A stretch of 45,880 nt of DNA from a virus. Lineage: Duplodnaviria > Caudoviricetes. The stretch covers positions 1-45,880 of IMG/VR virus record IMGVR_UViG_3300042246_000004. One strand, given 5' to 3'. Positions 10,392 to 22,300 of the stretch are shown piece after piece; the stretch's first letter is position 1; each line of letters begins with the position of its first letter. A model generated the notes under the pieces. It had not been told where the DNA came from. It did not search any database and saw only the letters and a list, made by a program, of their open reading frames with translations. A program made the position numbers and the translations under genes.

Positions 10392-13300
10392 TGTCGCAAA
10401 ACCCCTTTAGTGATCCGAACTTTGGCAGTGAATTTCTGAGCGACGAAGAAAAGCAGTCGCAGGCCCAGACTCCGGCACCGGCTCAAGCTCAAACTGCCGC
10501 ACAACCGACAGGCTTCAAGCCGCGCAGTACCAACCCGTACAGCGACCCCAACTATGGCGCAGAGGAAGAAGGGCGCACATTTGGTGAAATTGCGAAGGAT
10601 TCTGGTGCCGCTCTAATGCAAGGCTTCGCCACAATGGGGGGCGATATAGCATGGCTGGCGGACAAGGCAACCGGCGGCGTAGTAGACATTGGCTTCCAGA
10701 AAGCCGCCGACCGTGCTACCGAATACTGGCAGGACGCTAAAAGCGACAAGATGAAAGCGTCTAATCAAGCACTGGCCGAAGCCGAGGGCTTCACTGGTAT
10801 CTTGAAAACAGCGTGGGACCGCCCCGAAGTGATCCCGGATATTGTGATATCCTCAGCACCTAACGCGCTACCGGTGGGTGCAATGTCTCGCGCCGCAAGA
10901 GCCGTCAAGGGCGCCAAGGCTGCAGTCGCTACAGCCATTGGTGCTGGCGGCGCACTGGAAGGCGCAAACGCTGGCCGCGAGACTGAAAACAAAGTGCGCG
11001 ATATGACCGCTGAAAAGCTGGCCGAAGTGTCGCCGCAGTATATGCAGTTGATCAACCAGGGTGTCAGCCATGAAGAAGCGGCCGCTCAAGTGGCGAACCG
11101 CGCAGGCTTGACCGCCTTCGCAGTATCCGCACCGCTGGCGATGCTGGCATCCAAAGTAACTGGCGCTGGCAGACTTGAGGCTGACTTCTTCACCGGCAAG
11201 GGACTCAAAGGCTTCTTTGATACGGTACTGCGCGAGTCTGCCGAGGAGATGGCGCAGGAAGCATCCAACCCGTTTGGCTCCAACGTGGGCATCAAGACTC
11301 AGGTCAACCCGAATCAGTCGCTTGCCGAAGGCGTACCAGAAGGCGCTGCGCTGGGCTTAATTGCTGGTGCTGGTCAAGGTACCCCGATGGCGGCATTGCA
11401 GAGATTTGTGCCGCCAGCAAAGGTTCAGCCGACCCCGACCCAGGACAATCCCGATCCCGAACCTGTTGAGCGTCCCGATCCGAGCAATGGCCCGATCTCT
11501 GCCGCTGCCGCACAGATGGCGCCGGTACAGACCGCCGAAGATTTGGGTGTTCAGTTCCCAGAAGCGCAGGATTGGAGCCAGTACGACCGCCCAGCTGTTC
11601 AGCGACAGCAGGACCGGCAGCCGCAGCGTGCCGATGATGTAGTGTCGCAGATGGTAGGTCAGGCCCGCCAGATAGGCGATGCTGACGCTGAAGTGCGCCT
11701 TGAGACTGCCAACCGTCTATACCGCACCATTGACCGGCTGATGAAGGAAGGCAACGAAGAGCAGGCTCGCTGGAATGCCTACCGTGCCGACCAGATCATC
11801 CGGGAGGTATCACCGCGACTGCCGCAGGCACAGCAGGCCGAAGGCGCACAGACAGCCGTCTCAACGCTTCCGGCATTGATCACTGATGATGGTGTCGATC
11901 TGCGCGATCTGGCCGCACAGGGGCAGGAGCGAGCCATTACCGGCGCGGCAGAAACCGCCGCCAAGAACCAGCTGATCCGCAAGACCGTGGATGACCAGAC
12001 CTTTGCCATTGGCAAGGTGAACCAGCGCAGCGAGTATTACGGCAAACTGGCTGATCTGGCGCAGTCGCTGCCCAAGGGTACGCAGATGGTGGATGCAGCC
12101 ACCAATGAGGCATGGAGCGTTCAGGCTAGCGAGAGCGGTGTCACACTAACAAATGACGCCACCGGCCAGACCACTACGCTGCAGCAGAATGAAACCGGCA
12201 CATGGACTCGTACTGGTGAAGTGTTGCCGCCGAGCGAGTTCAAGCTGCGCGGCAATCTGACACCAGCTGAGCAAGTTGGCACCCAGGCCCAGGGCGCAGA
12301 GCAGAAAAGAAACAGTGTGATTAAAGCAGGGCGTGATGATAAATACGGCATTGATGTGCAGATGAAGCGCGACAATGAAGGCTTTACGATCACAGAATCA
12401 GATCCGAATACTCAGGACGTTAAGATCACAAGCGGCATGGGTGGTGTGTACCGGAACGATCAAATTCTCAACAGGGAGGGTGAGTTCGTAGATGCTCTCC
12501 AGATCGTTCAGATGGGTAATGCTACAGCAGAGCAAACACCATTCAGGGGCAGCAAAGATGAGATGAAAAAGGCTGTAGAGCTTGCTGCAGAAATAGAGTT
12601 TGCCAGAAAAACAGGGGATATGCAGAAAGTCGATTCGCTTGAATCGCAGCTTTCCGACTTGGTATCAGGCGTCAAAACCAAGCCCGCACCAGTACAGAAG
12701 AACATGATCGAGCGGGCGCTTGATCGACTGACCAGTGAAGGCGCAACAGGCCCGGAAGTAAATCAGCAGATCGCAGAGCTTGAGCGTATCCAGCAAGGGC
12801 TTGCCAGAAGCGGCCGCACCGCCGATGAGGCGTTGGCGTATCTGGACAAGCAGGGGCGTTATGATCTGGTTCGTGCCATTGATCCAGAAGCGATCCGCCT
12901 TAGTTCGGGCAACAAACCGTTCCAGACAGAGGATAAGGCCAAAGCCTCACTCTACTTTGAGCAGAACAAGAAGTTTGCCAGCGTGGTACCGTATGGCGAT
13001 GGCTTTGCCGTCCGGGTGGACAAGGCCCGCCAGAAGGAAGAGCAGCGCACTGGCCAGCAGGAAACCGCCTATCTGCCGGACAACACCCCGATCAACACCC
13101 GGTTCGTGGTTGTGGATCTGGACGAGCTGGTGCCGTCCAATATGCCGGACGGTAAGATCAACCAGGCATATCCTGGCGAGCTTCAGCCGCGTGACCGAAC
13201 CAATGCCAACAGCATGGTTCAGGTGCGCAATATCAGCGCGAATCTCAACCCTGAGCGTCTTGGTAGCAGCCGTGATGCCAGCACCGGGGCCCCGATTGTT

Positions 13301-16300
13301 GGGCCTGACGGAGTGGTTGAATCCGGCAATGGCCGCACTATGGCTATTGCAGCAGCCTACCAGCAGGGCGGCGACCGAGCCGGTGCCTACCGCAAGTATG
13401 TGATCGAACAGGCCCGCCAACAGGGCATGGACGTTGATGCCGTATCCAGACTGAAACATCCGGTTCTGGTCCGCGAACGGATCAGCAGCATTGACCGGGC
13501 CGAGTTTGCGCGCCGGGCAAACGAAAGTCAGGTGGCTGGCATGACCGCCTATGAGCAGGCCATGTCCGATGCTGACATGCTGAAGGCTGATGATCTCCAG
13601 CTGTGGGAACCGGACCAGTCAGGCGATCCGCTGGCGGCAAGTAACCGCGACTTCCAGCGGATTTTTGTGCGCTTGCTGGGCAACAATGAGGCAGCCAGAT
13701 ACACAACACGCAGCGGTCAGGCCAGCCCGGAGCTGGGTGCCCGGATGCAGCGGGCGGTGTTCGCCAAAGCGTACCGTGATGCCGATATGGTGGAAATGGT
13801 CACAGAACAGAGTGATCAAATGCGCAACCTGGTAGCCGCACTGCAAGAGGCGGCGCCTGATCTTGCGGTGGCCCGCGAGTATGGCGGACAGAATGCAGTT
13901 GCTGCTATCAGCACCATTAACGACGCGGTGCGCATTGTTCGCAAGTCCCGACAGGACGGCACCAGTGTGCATGACCTGACACGACAGAGCGATGTGTTCA
14001 GCGAGCCAGTGCCCGAAACAACAGCCTACGTTGCAGAGCAGATCGACCTGAACATCCGCAGCCGACGGGCGCTGGCGGATGCCATGCGCTATATTGGTCA
14101 TGCGGTGCGCAATGAAGCCGAGACCGCTATGAACGGCTCCCTGTTCGGGGATTCAGTAACCAACGAGGACATATTCGGTGCAGCGTTCAGACAAAATCAA
14201 GATAACGGTGACGGACAACAGTCACCTGAATGGGATGTTCCAGCAGGCATTCAAGAAGGCGAACAAAACCCGGCGGCAGGAGGATCGGAGCAGGAAGCAG
14301 AAGTAGAGCCCCTGCTCCAGTCCTACACCGAGGAGGAACTGGCCGAGCGTGAGCGGGAGCGCTTGGCCGAAGAGGCGCGCATTGCTGAAGAACAGCGCAA
14401 GACTGAAGAGAAGGCAGAGGCTGACGCACAGGTTGACGGCTTCACACTGTCCGGCTCTAATCGCCCGGCTGACGTTGCAGCCTCACAAGGCCAGCAGGAT
14501 CTACTGGGCGGCGGCCAGGTGTCGCAGCCAGACCCAAATACCGTCAGTGAAAACTGGAAGGTTATTGGTGAAAACCTGCAGGGGCATGAAGTATCCGAAA
14601 ACACTGTAACTGGTCTGCGTTCTTGGAAATCGAACAGTGGCTCAAATACCGAGCAGGGCCGAATCGAGGGTGATAACACCTACGAATCCGCAACTGATCA
14701 GGTTATTCGTAATCGCCGCGTTCAGTACAAGACTCGATCCGAGATTGAGGCCGAAAACGAGGCCGCAAATCCGCCCAAAACGTCCGATGGCCGGGAGATT
14801 GTCGAACACACCACCAAGAAAGGCAGATTGTTGCGTGGCGTTATTGTTGAAGGCTTGAACCTCAAGCAAGCCAAGGCAATCGATCAGTACAGCTTCAAGA
14901 AAGGCAATGGCTTCTATATCAAGGTGGAGAATTGGGAGGCGCACCTTGCCGAGCAAAAACCGGAGTCCAAGCCAGAGCCGAAACCGGAGCCTAACCAGGA
15001 GACGGCCGTAGGTATCGAGCTTGATCCCGATGAGGCGCTAGGCGGTGCTACAGCGGATGGGCAGGTTACTGGCATGGCAGATAATGCGCCTGCAGCCGGT
15101 GATGATGGTAAAGCTGCCACTTTGCAAAAAATGGTTAGCAAGGGTGAAGGCGTCTTTAACCGCATGTATCAGTCATTGAAAAAAACGACTGAGACAGAGG
15201 GTGTTGATTATCTTGAATCACAAAGCACGCTTGGATTGAGTCAGCGCAAAAACCTTGAGGTATTCCTTGATAGCCGTGGCTACTCACGCAAAACCAATCA
15301 GGCTGGCAGTACCCGCGTCAATGTAGAGGATAACAGTAACGAGCAGATTTCGATCACTTTCTCACCCGGTGGAAGTGCCGTTATGCGTGTGGCCAGGGGC
15401 ACTGCGGAAGATTCGGTTGCTGTAGAGCAGGCCGAACCCGGCCAGTCTCAGCGCACCTACACCCAACAGGAGCTAAGAAACGCGCATCGCATGGCCGCTT
15501 CAGTCATGCATGGAAAGCTGAACGGGCTTAAAGCCTTACCGCTGCGACAGATAGCCAAGCCGTTTCTGGAATCGCAAGGCGTACCTGTACCAAGAACCAA
15601 AGCGGAAACCATTGCGGCTGTTACTGATTTTGACAGGGTAAGCGCACTGGCATCCGTTGGTGTATTCAATGTCGAGTTGAGCGACAGCGTAATGGGGCCG
15701 CTGCAGGCAGAAATGGAAGGCCGTATAGCTACGGAGCAGGCCGAGCCAGCACCTGCTGTAGATATCCGCACCGAAGGCCGAGAGAACGCAACCGAAGCCG
15801 AGCAGGCGCAAGCCGAAAATCAGAGGCCACAGGTCAGCGAAAACACTATCTTCACCGAGGATGCCGCAGAGGAAGCACGCCGTATCCTCATGGCTTCGCT
15901 TGGCCAGGTGAACAGCGGTATCGATCCGAAAGTGATGCAAGCCGGGATCACCCTGGCTGGTTACCATATCGAGAAAGGGGCACGCACCTTTGCCGCTTAC
16001 GCCAAAGCCATGACAAACGACTTGGGCGAGATGGTCAAGCCGTACCTGAAAAGCTGGTACATGGGCGTCAAGTACGACCCGCGTGCCGCAGGCTTTGATG
16101 GCATGGATGATGCTGCAACCGTGGACGCAGCGGATATAGACGCACTTCTCAGCGCACCTGCTACACTTGAAACAGAGGCCAACAGCCAAGAGGTAGGCGA
16201 TGGAACAACTGAGTCCGAAATGGATCAGCCAGATCAAACTGGAGTATCAGCGACTGCAGAGGGACGAGGAGGTTTTACACAACCAAGTTCTACACAGACG

Positions 16301-19300
16301 GATACTCAAGACCTGGCGGGAACAGAGCCCGGCAATGTGGAGCCGACTGCGAGCGGCGAAACTGACGGAGGCGCTGGCGTTCGTGCTGCAACAGAGAATG
16401 TGGCAGATGACGGACGAACTGGAGGCAGCGGGGTATCCGCCAACGGACGCCCGCGAACAGGCGGAAGCCGAACACCTGATGCTGGAACCGGAAGCGGATC
16501 TGCAGCAGAGGGAGGCCGACCGACTGGAGGAAATGCAGCGCCGAAACCTGGCGTAAAAGATCCCGCATCCACTTCACCGGCCTACACTGGGCCGGGTAAC
16601 TATCACATCGACAATCCGCTTGAAGTTGTAGGCGGCGGCCAAGTGGCACGCTTCAACAAGAACAAGCAGGCTATCGAGCTGTTCAATGATATCCGCGACA
16701 ACGGACGCACCGCGACCCGTGAGGAGCAGGATATTCTGGCCGGTTACACTGGCTGGGGCTCGTTCGGCCAAGAGCTTTTCCAAGGCACATGGAATAACCC
16801 GAAACCGAAAGCAGGCTGGGAAGCGCGTGATGCTTGGCTACGTGAACAGCTTGGTCAGGCGGAATGGGAATCCATGCAACGCTCGATCACCAATGCGCAC
16901 TACACTGACCCGCCCACAGTTATGGCTATGTGGGATATGGTCAAGCGCATGGGCTTTGAAGGCGGTCGCGTGCTTGAGCCCTCAATGGGTATCGGTAACT
17001 TCTACGGCATGATGCCGAGGGAGCTTAAAAACCGCAGCCAGCTATCCGGTATTGAGCTGGATATGATGACCGGCGGCATGGCTCAGATGCTGTACCCGAA
17101 TGCCAACATCAAGATCATGGGGTATCAGGAGTCAAAAACACCGGATGACTTCTATGACGTTATCATCGGCAACTGGCCGTTTGAGAACACTGCCATTGCA
17201 GATCGACGCTACAACAAGTTCAGTCCGATGCTGCATGACTACTTCTTCCTGAAAACGCTGGACCAGGTGCGACCTGGCGGTATCGTGATCGGTATCACCA
17301 GCAAGGGATCGATGGACAAGAAGGACAGCAAGATCCGCTCAGAACTGGCGAAGAAGGCCGAGCTGGTGGCGTCCTTCCGTTTGCCAAGTGGTGCGTTTGA
17401 GGAGTATGCGGGCACCAAAGTTGTGACCGATATTATCATCCTCAAGAAACGCGCAGAGCCGTTGGGAATGGCGACCAATGAGGGCTGGATTAAGTCGGTG
17501 CCATATATGACGCCGCAGGGGCAGGAAGTGTTCATCAACGAATACTACGCCAGCCACCCAGATCATGTAATCGGCACCATCGAGTATGGCCACGGCACCA
17601 CATTCAACCGCCCAGGCATGATCGTGACCCGGCCAAACAACATGGCCGAGCAGCTTCAGCGCATTGTGAACATGGTGCCGCAGGGCGTATTTGAATCACG
17701 CCGAGTCGATAACAATGTCGCCTACATTACCAACCACACCGCCGACCGTGAGGGCTCACTTACACAACAGGACGGCAAACTGTATGTGGTGCGCGGCGAA
17801 CACTTGGCCCCTGCAGAACAGGTGGTGAAGTATTCCGTCAAGTCCGAAAAGACAACCGCCGAGCGCGAGCAGCAGTTGCGGGATCTGATCGGCATACGCC
17901 AAGCCTACGCCCATCTGATTGAAGCCGAGAATGGTTTGTCAGGCAGCGACCCTGAACCGCTGCGTAAGGAGCTGCGCAAACAGTACAACGCCTTCACGAA
18001 AGCCAATGGCCCGCTGAATGAGTCCTGGGGGCTGCAGTACCTCAAACGCATTGACGACCCCTTCCGTCCCGCATTGGCGGCACTGGAGAGCGAGCGCAAC
18101 GGCAAGACCGTCCCGGCTGCCATTCTTGAGCGCAGCACCATCCGCACGCCAAGGACGATTGATAATCCGACTGTGCGTGAAGCCTTTGTATTGGCGCGAA
18201 ACGAAAGCGTCAATCCAACACTGGACAAGATCGCGCAACTGTCCGGCAAGCCTGCTGAAGAAGTCAAAACGGAGCTAATTGATTCTGGCGCCGTATTTGA
18301 ACTACCAGGGGGTGATATTGTGCCGTCTGATATCTACCTGTCCGGCAATGTGCGAGAGAAGATGCGCCAGGCTGTTGCCGCGCTGGAAGAAGGAAATGCA
18401 GCGATGCAGCACAACATTGACGAGCTGCAGAAGGTGATGCCGAAGGATGTGCCTTACTTCAATATCGAAGCCCAGCTTGGCGCATCATGGGTGCCGACAG
18501 CGGTGTACGAGGAGTATGTCGCGCACATGCTGGATGCAGGCAGCACTGACGATATTCGCGTTACCTATGCTGGCGGCAAGTGGAAGGTGGACATTGCCAG
18601 CCGCCTATACCTGAACACAGCAGGCAGCACCGGCTTTGGCACGCCTCGCTACAACTTCAATAAGCTGGTAAACGCCGCCTTTGGTAACCAGACCGTGACC
18701 ATTAAGGCCAAGGACCCGGACGGCAACGAGTTTGTAGACGAGGAAGGCAGCGCCGAAGTAAACGGCAAAATCAGTGATATGCGATCCAAATTCAAGGAAT
18801 GGCTGTGGCAAGACCCGGACCGTCGCCTGAATGTTGAACGCGAGTACAACGAGGTGCGAAATGCCTACGCCACGCCGCGCTTTGATGGCTCATTCCTTCG
18901 TTTTGATGGCATGGCACTGACGCTGGGTACTGGCCCGTTCAACCTACGTCAACATCAGGCGGATGCTATTTGGCGTGCGCTGGTCACGCGCCGTTCACTG
19001 AATGCGCATGAAGTCGGCACCGGCAAGACCTTTACCATGGGGGGTATTGCCATTGAATCCCGCCGCTACGGCATTGCCAAGAAGCCGCTGATTCTCGCTC
19101 ATAACGCCAATAGTGCGAGCGTGGCGCACGAGATTGAGATGATGTATCCCGCCGCCAAGGTGCTGTATATCGACAACCTTGATCCGAAATCTATTGAGCG
19201 CAAGATGCGCCAAATCGCCAACGATGATTGGGATGCCGTGGTATTGCCGCACTCACAGTTGAGCAAACTGGCATTGCGTGAAGATACCTTGATGGCGATG

Positions 19301-22300
19301 GCTCAGGAAGATATTGCCGATTTGGAACGCCAGGCGATTGAAGCCGCCGAGGAGGACGGGGCTGCGCTGGATGTTGATATGATGGACGCCCTACTGGATG
19401 GCGATAAAACAGCCTTGAAGAAGGTGCGATCACCAACGGCCAAGGATCTGGTGAAGATGCGCAACCGCGTTATTGAAACCATCCGCAAGCAGGGACAGAA
19501 AGCCTCCAAAGCCAATGCAATCAGCTTTGAAGAGCTGGGTATTGATATGCTACTGGTGGATGAGGCGCATGTATTCAAGAAGCCGCCCTTCGCCACCCGC
19601 ATGAAGATGAAGGGATTGAACACCCAAGCCAGCGATGCGTCCATTGCGCTGAACTTCTTGGCCCGATATGTTCGCGCAAACAACAACGGCGGCAACATCC
19701 ATCTGTTCACTGGCACGCCTGTGACCAATACCCTGACTGAAGTGTTCCACATGATGCGCTACATCATGAACGAGGAAATGCAGCAGCAGGATCTGGATCA
19801 GTGGGATGGATGGTTCAACTCTTTCGCCAGTGAGGTGATGGATATCGAGCTGAACGGTGCCGGTGAATATGAGCCGGTAACCCGACTGGCTGGATTCATC
19901 AACGTACCAGAACTGCGCAAGATGATTGGGCAGTACATGGATACGGTCTTTGCTGACGATATGCCGGAAATGCAGCCGCGCAAAACAGCCAGCGGCAAAA
20001 CCCTGTCCTCGCCGGACCTGACGGAGCTTGAACGTGCCGACCTGCTGAATGGCCGCACCGAGGGCGCCAAGGACCGACCATACAAGAAGGTGATCAACGA
20101 GTCATCGGACCTGTCACCAGAACAAATGGACGCATTCAACGAGGTCAAACGGTATGCACAAGCATTCAGGAACATGACCCCTCTTGAGCGCAAACAGGCA
20201 GCACAGAATGGCGAACCTGAAGCACCATTGATCTATGAGCGGATTGCAAATGAGGCGTCTTTTGATGTGCGTCTACTCAAGAAAGAAGAGCTTGCCGGAC
20301 AGGAAGGCAAGGTTCCAGACCACCCGAACAGCAAAATTTCAAGAGCTATAAATAACATTCTGGAAATCTACCATTCAGATGACCGCGCAACGCAAGTCGT
20401 ATTTTCCGACACCGGTTTGCATAAAACCGGCAGTAGAAGCGTTGGTGAACCGGGTGAAAAACAGCAGATCACCTTCCCGGCGTTCTCACCAATACACGAT
20501 ATGATCGAGCGGCTGGTGCAGGCAGGGATACCGAGAGAACAGATCGCACTCATAGCCGGGTCTAATACCAGCAAGGAGAAGCGCAAGGAGATCGCTGAAA
20601 AGATGAACCGTTCCGAGATCCGTGTTGTTCTCGGATCTACGGCTTCACTTGGTGTTGGTGTCAATATGCAGAAGAATCTTCGCGCTATGCACCACCTTGA
20701 TGCTCCGTGGATGCCAGGGGATCTGGAACAGCGTAATGGCCGAGGCCACCGCCAGGGCAACCAGTGGAACACTGTGCTGGAATACCGCTATTTGACCGAC
20801 CGAATTGACGGGCGCCGCTGGCAGGTGCTGGCAGTGAAACAGCGCTTCATTAACGCCTTCCTGAAAGCCAACGAGGACAGTCGCATCATTGAGGGCGATG
20901 CCGCCTCTGATGATGGTTCCGATATTCTTGAATCCTTCTCTGAGGCCGCAGGTGATCCGCGCATCCTGATTCGCAAGAAGATGGAAAGCAAACTGGAACA
21001 GATGCGACAGCGCCGCCGTTTGCACGATCAGGGGATGGTCGATGCCAAAAACCGTGTCGCTGGCCAGCGTGAAAAGCTGCGCCGCAATCAGGAGGAGGCT
21101 AAGCGTTTCGAGCAATCCGGTGCTATTGAACGCGCACAGCAGATTATTGAACGTAACGCCGGTGCCAATTTCACCATGAAGATTGGCGATCAGACCGTGA
21201 CGGATCGCAAGACTGCGCAAGAGCTGATCGAGTCCTTTGTTGCTGAAAATGTGCGCATGGGGGACGCCTACCAAGTATTCGGTGAATTCGATGGACTTCC
21301 GGTACAGATCGCACTTGAACAAAGAGCTGCGGTGCCGTACCTGAAAATGGACATCAACGGAATCGAGGTTAAGAGCAACAGCCAGAAGGTTATCACCCTG
21401 GAGAACGCGCTACGCGCCTTGCCGAAAACCTATAACGATCTGGTAGCTGAAAACGCTGAAACCGAACAGAACATTCAGCGACTGATCCAGGTATCAAATG
21501 AGCCGTTCTCGCAAGAGAAGGAGCTGCAGCGCATGGAGCAAGACCTGGCCGCACTGGAGCAGGATATTCAGGATAACCCTGTGGCACCGCCGGTATGGCT
21601 ACGCAACGGCGCACCACTGGAAACCGAGGTGCAATGGAAGGGTAAGCCGTTTGAAGTTACCGGCCACCGATGGAACAGCGATGGATGGTTTGTACTGGCG
21701 AAGGACGCACGCGGCAGCGTAGTCATTCCGTACACTGAAGTGACCGACAACCAAGGGATGCCACTGTATGAGGAGCGAGAGTTTGAATCACCCGATGTTG
21801 TGACCAAGGATCAGGATCAGTCAGGCGATGATGCGATCATCAAGAACACGCCGCAATTCTCCCGCTCAATCCCGCAGACCAATAAGCGCGAGCGCGAGGG
21901 CGTTGCGCTGTCGGCGGCGGGCGGGCAGGTGCCGGAGCAAAGTGGCGTGGTCCGCGTGATCTACCGGGGGACCAACGATTCTGGCGAGCGCATCTCGGGC
22001 GGCATTGCGGAGGGCACGCTGTTCGCCGCGGCCGACGAGGCGACCGCCAGAAACTACGCCGGTACAGGCGGCAAGATTGAGCGGATTGGTGTCAAGCAAG
22101 ACGCCAAGGTGCTTGTCGAGGGGACCAAGGAGTTCGCCCAAGTAACGGGCCGCAGGCGCGGCAAGCTGATCGACACGATGCGCAAGGGTGAAAACCTCAA
22201 GACAGCGGCCGACGATGCCGCTGCCAAAGCGCGTGCTGCGGGGTACGACGCGCTTGAGTTCACATCACTCAAAGACCTCGGCATCGCGATCTTCAACGAG

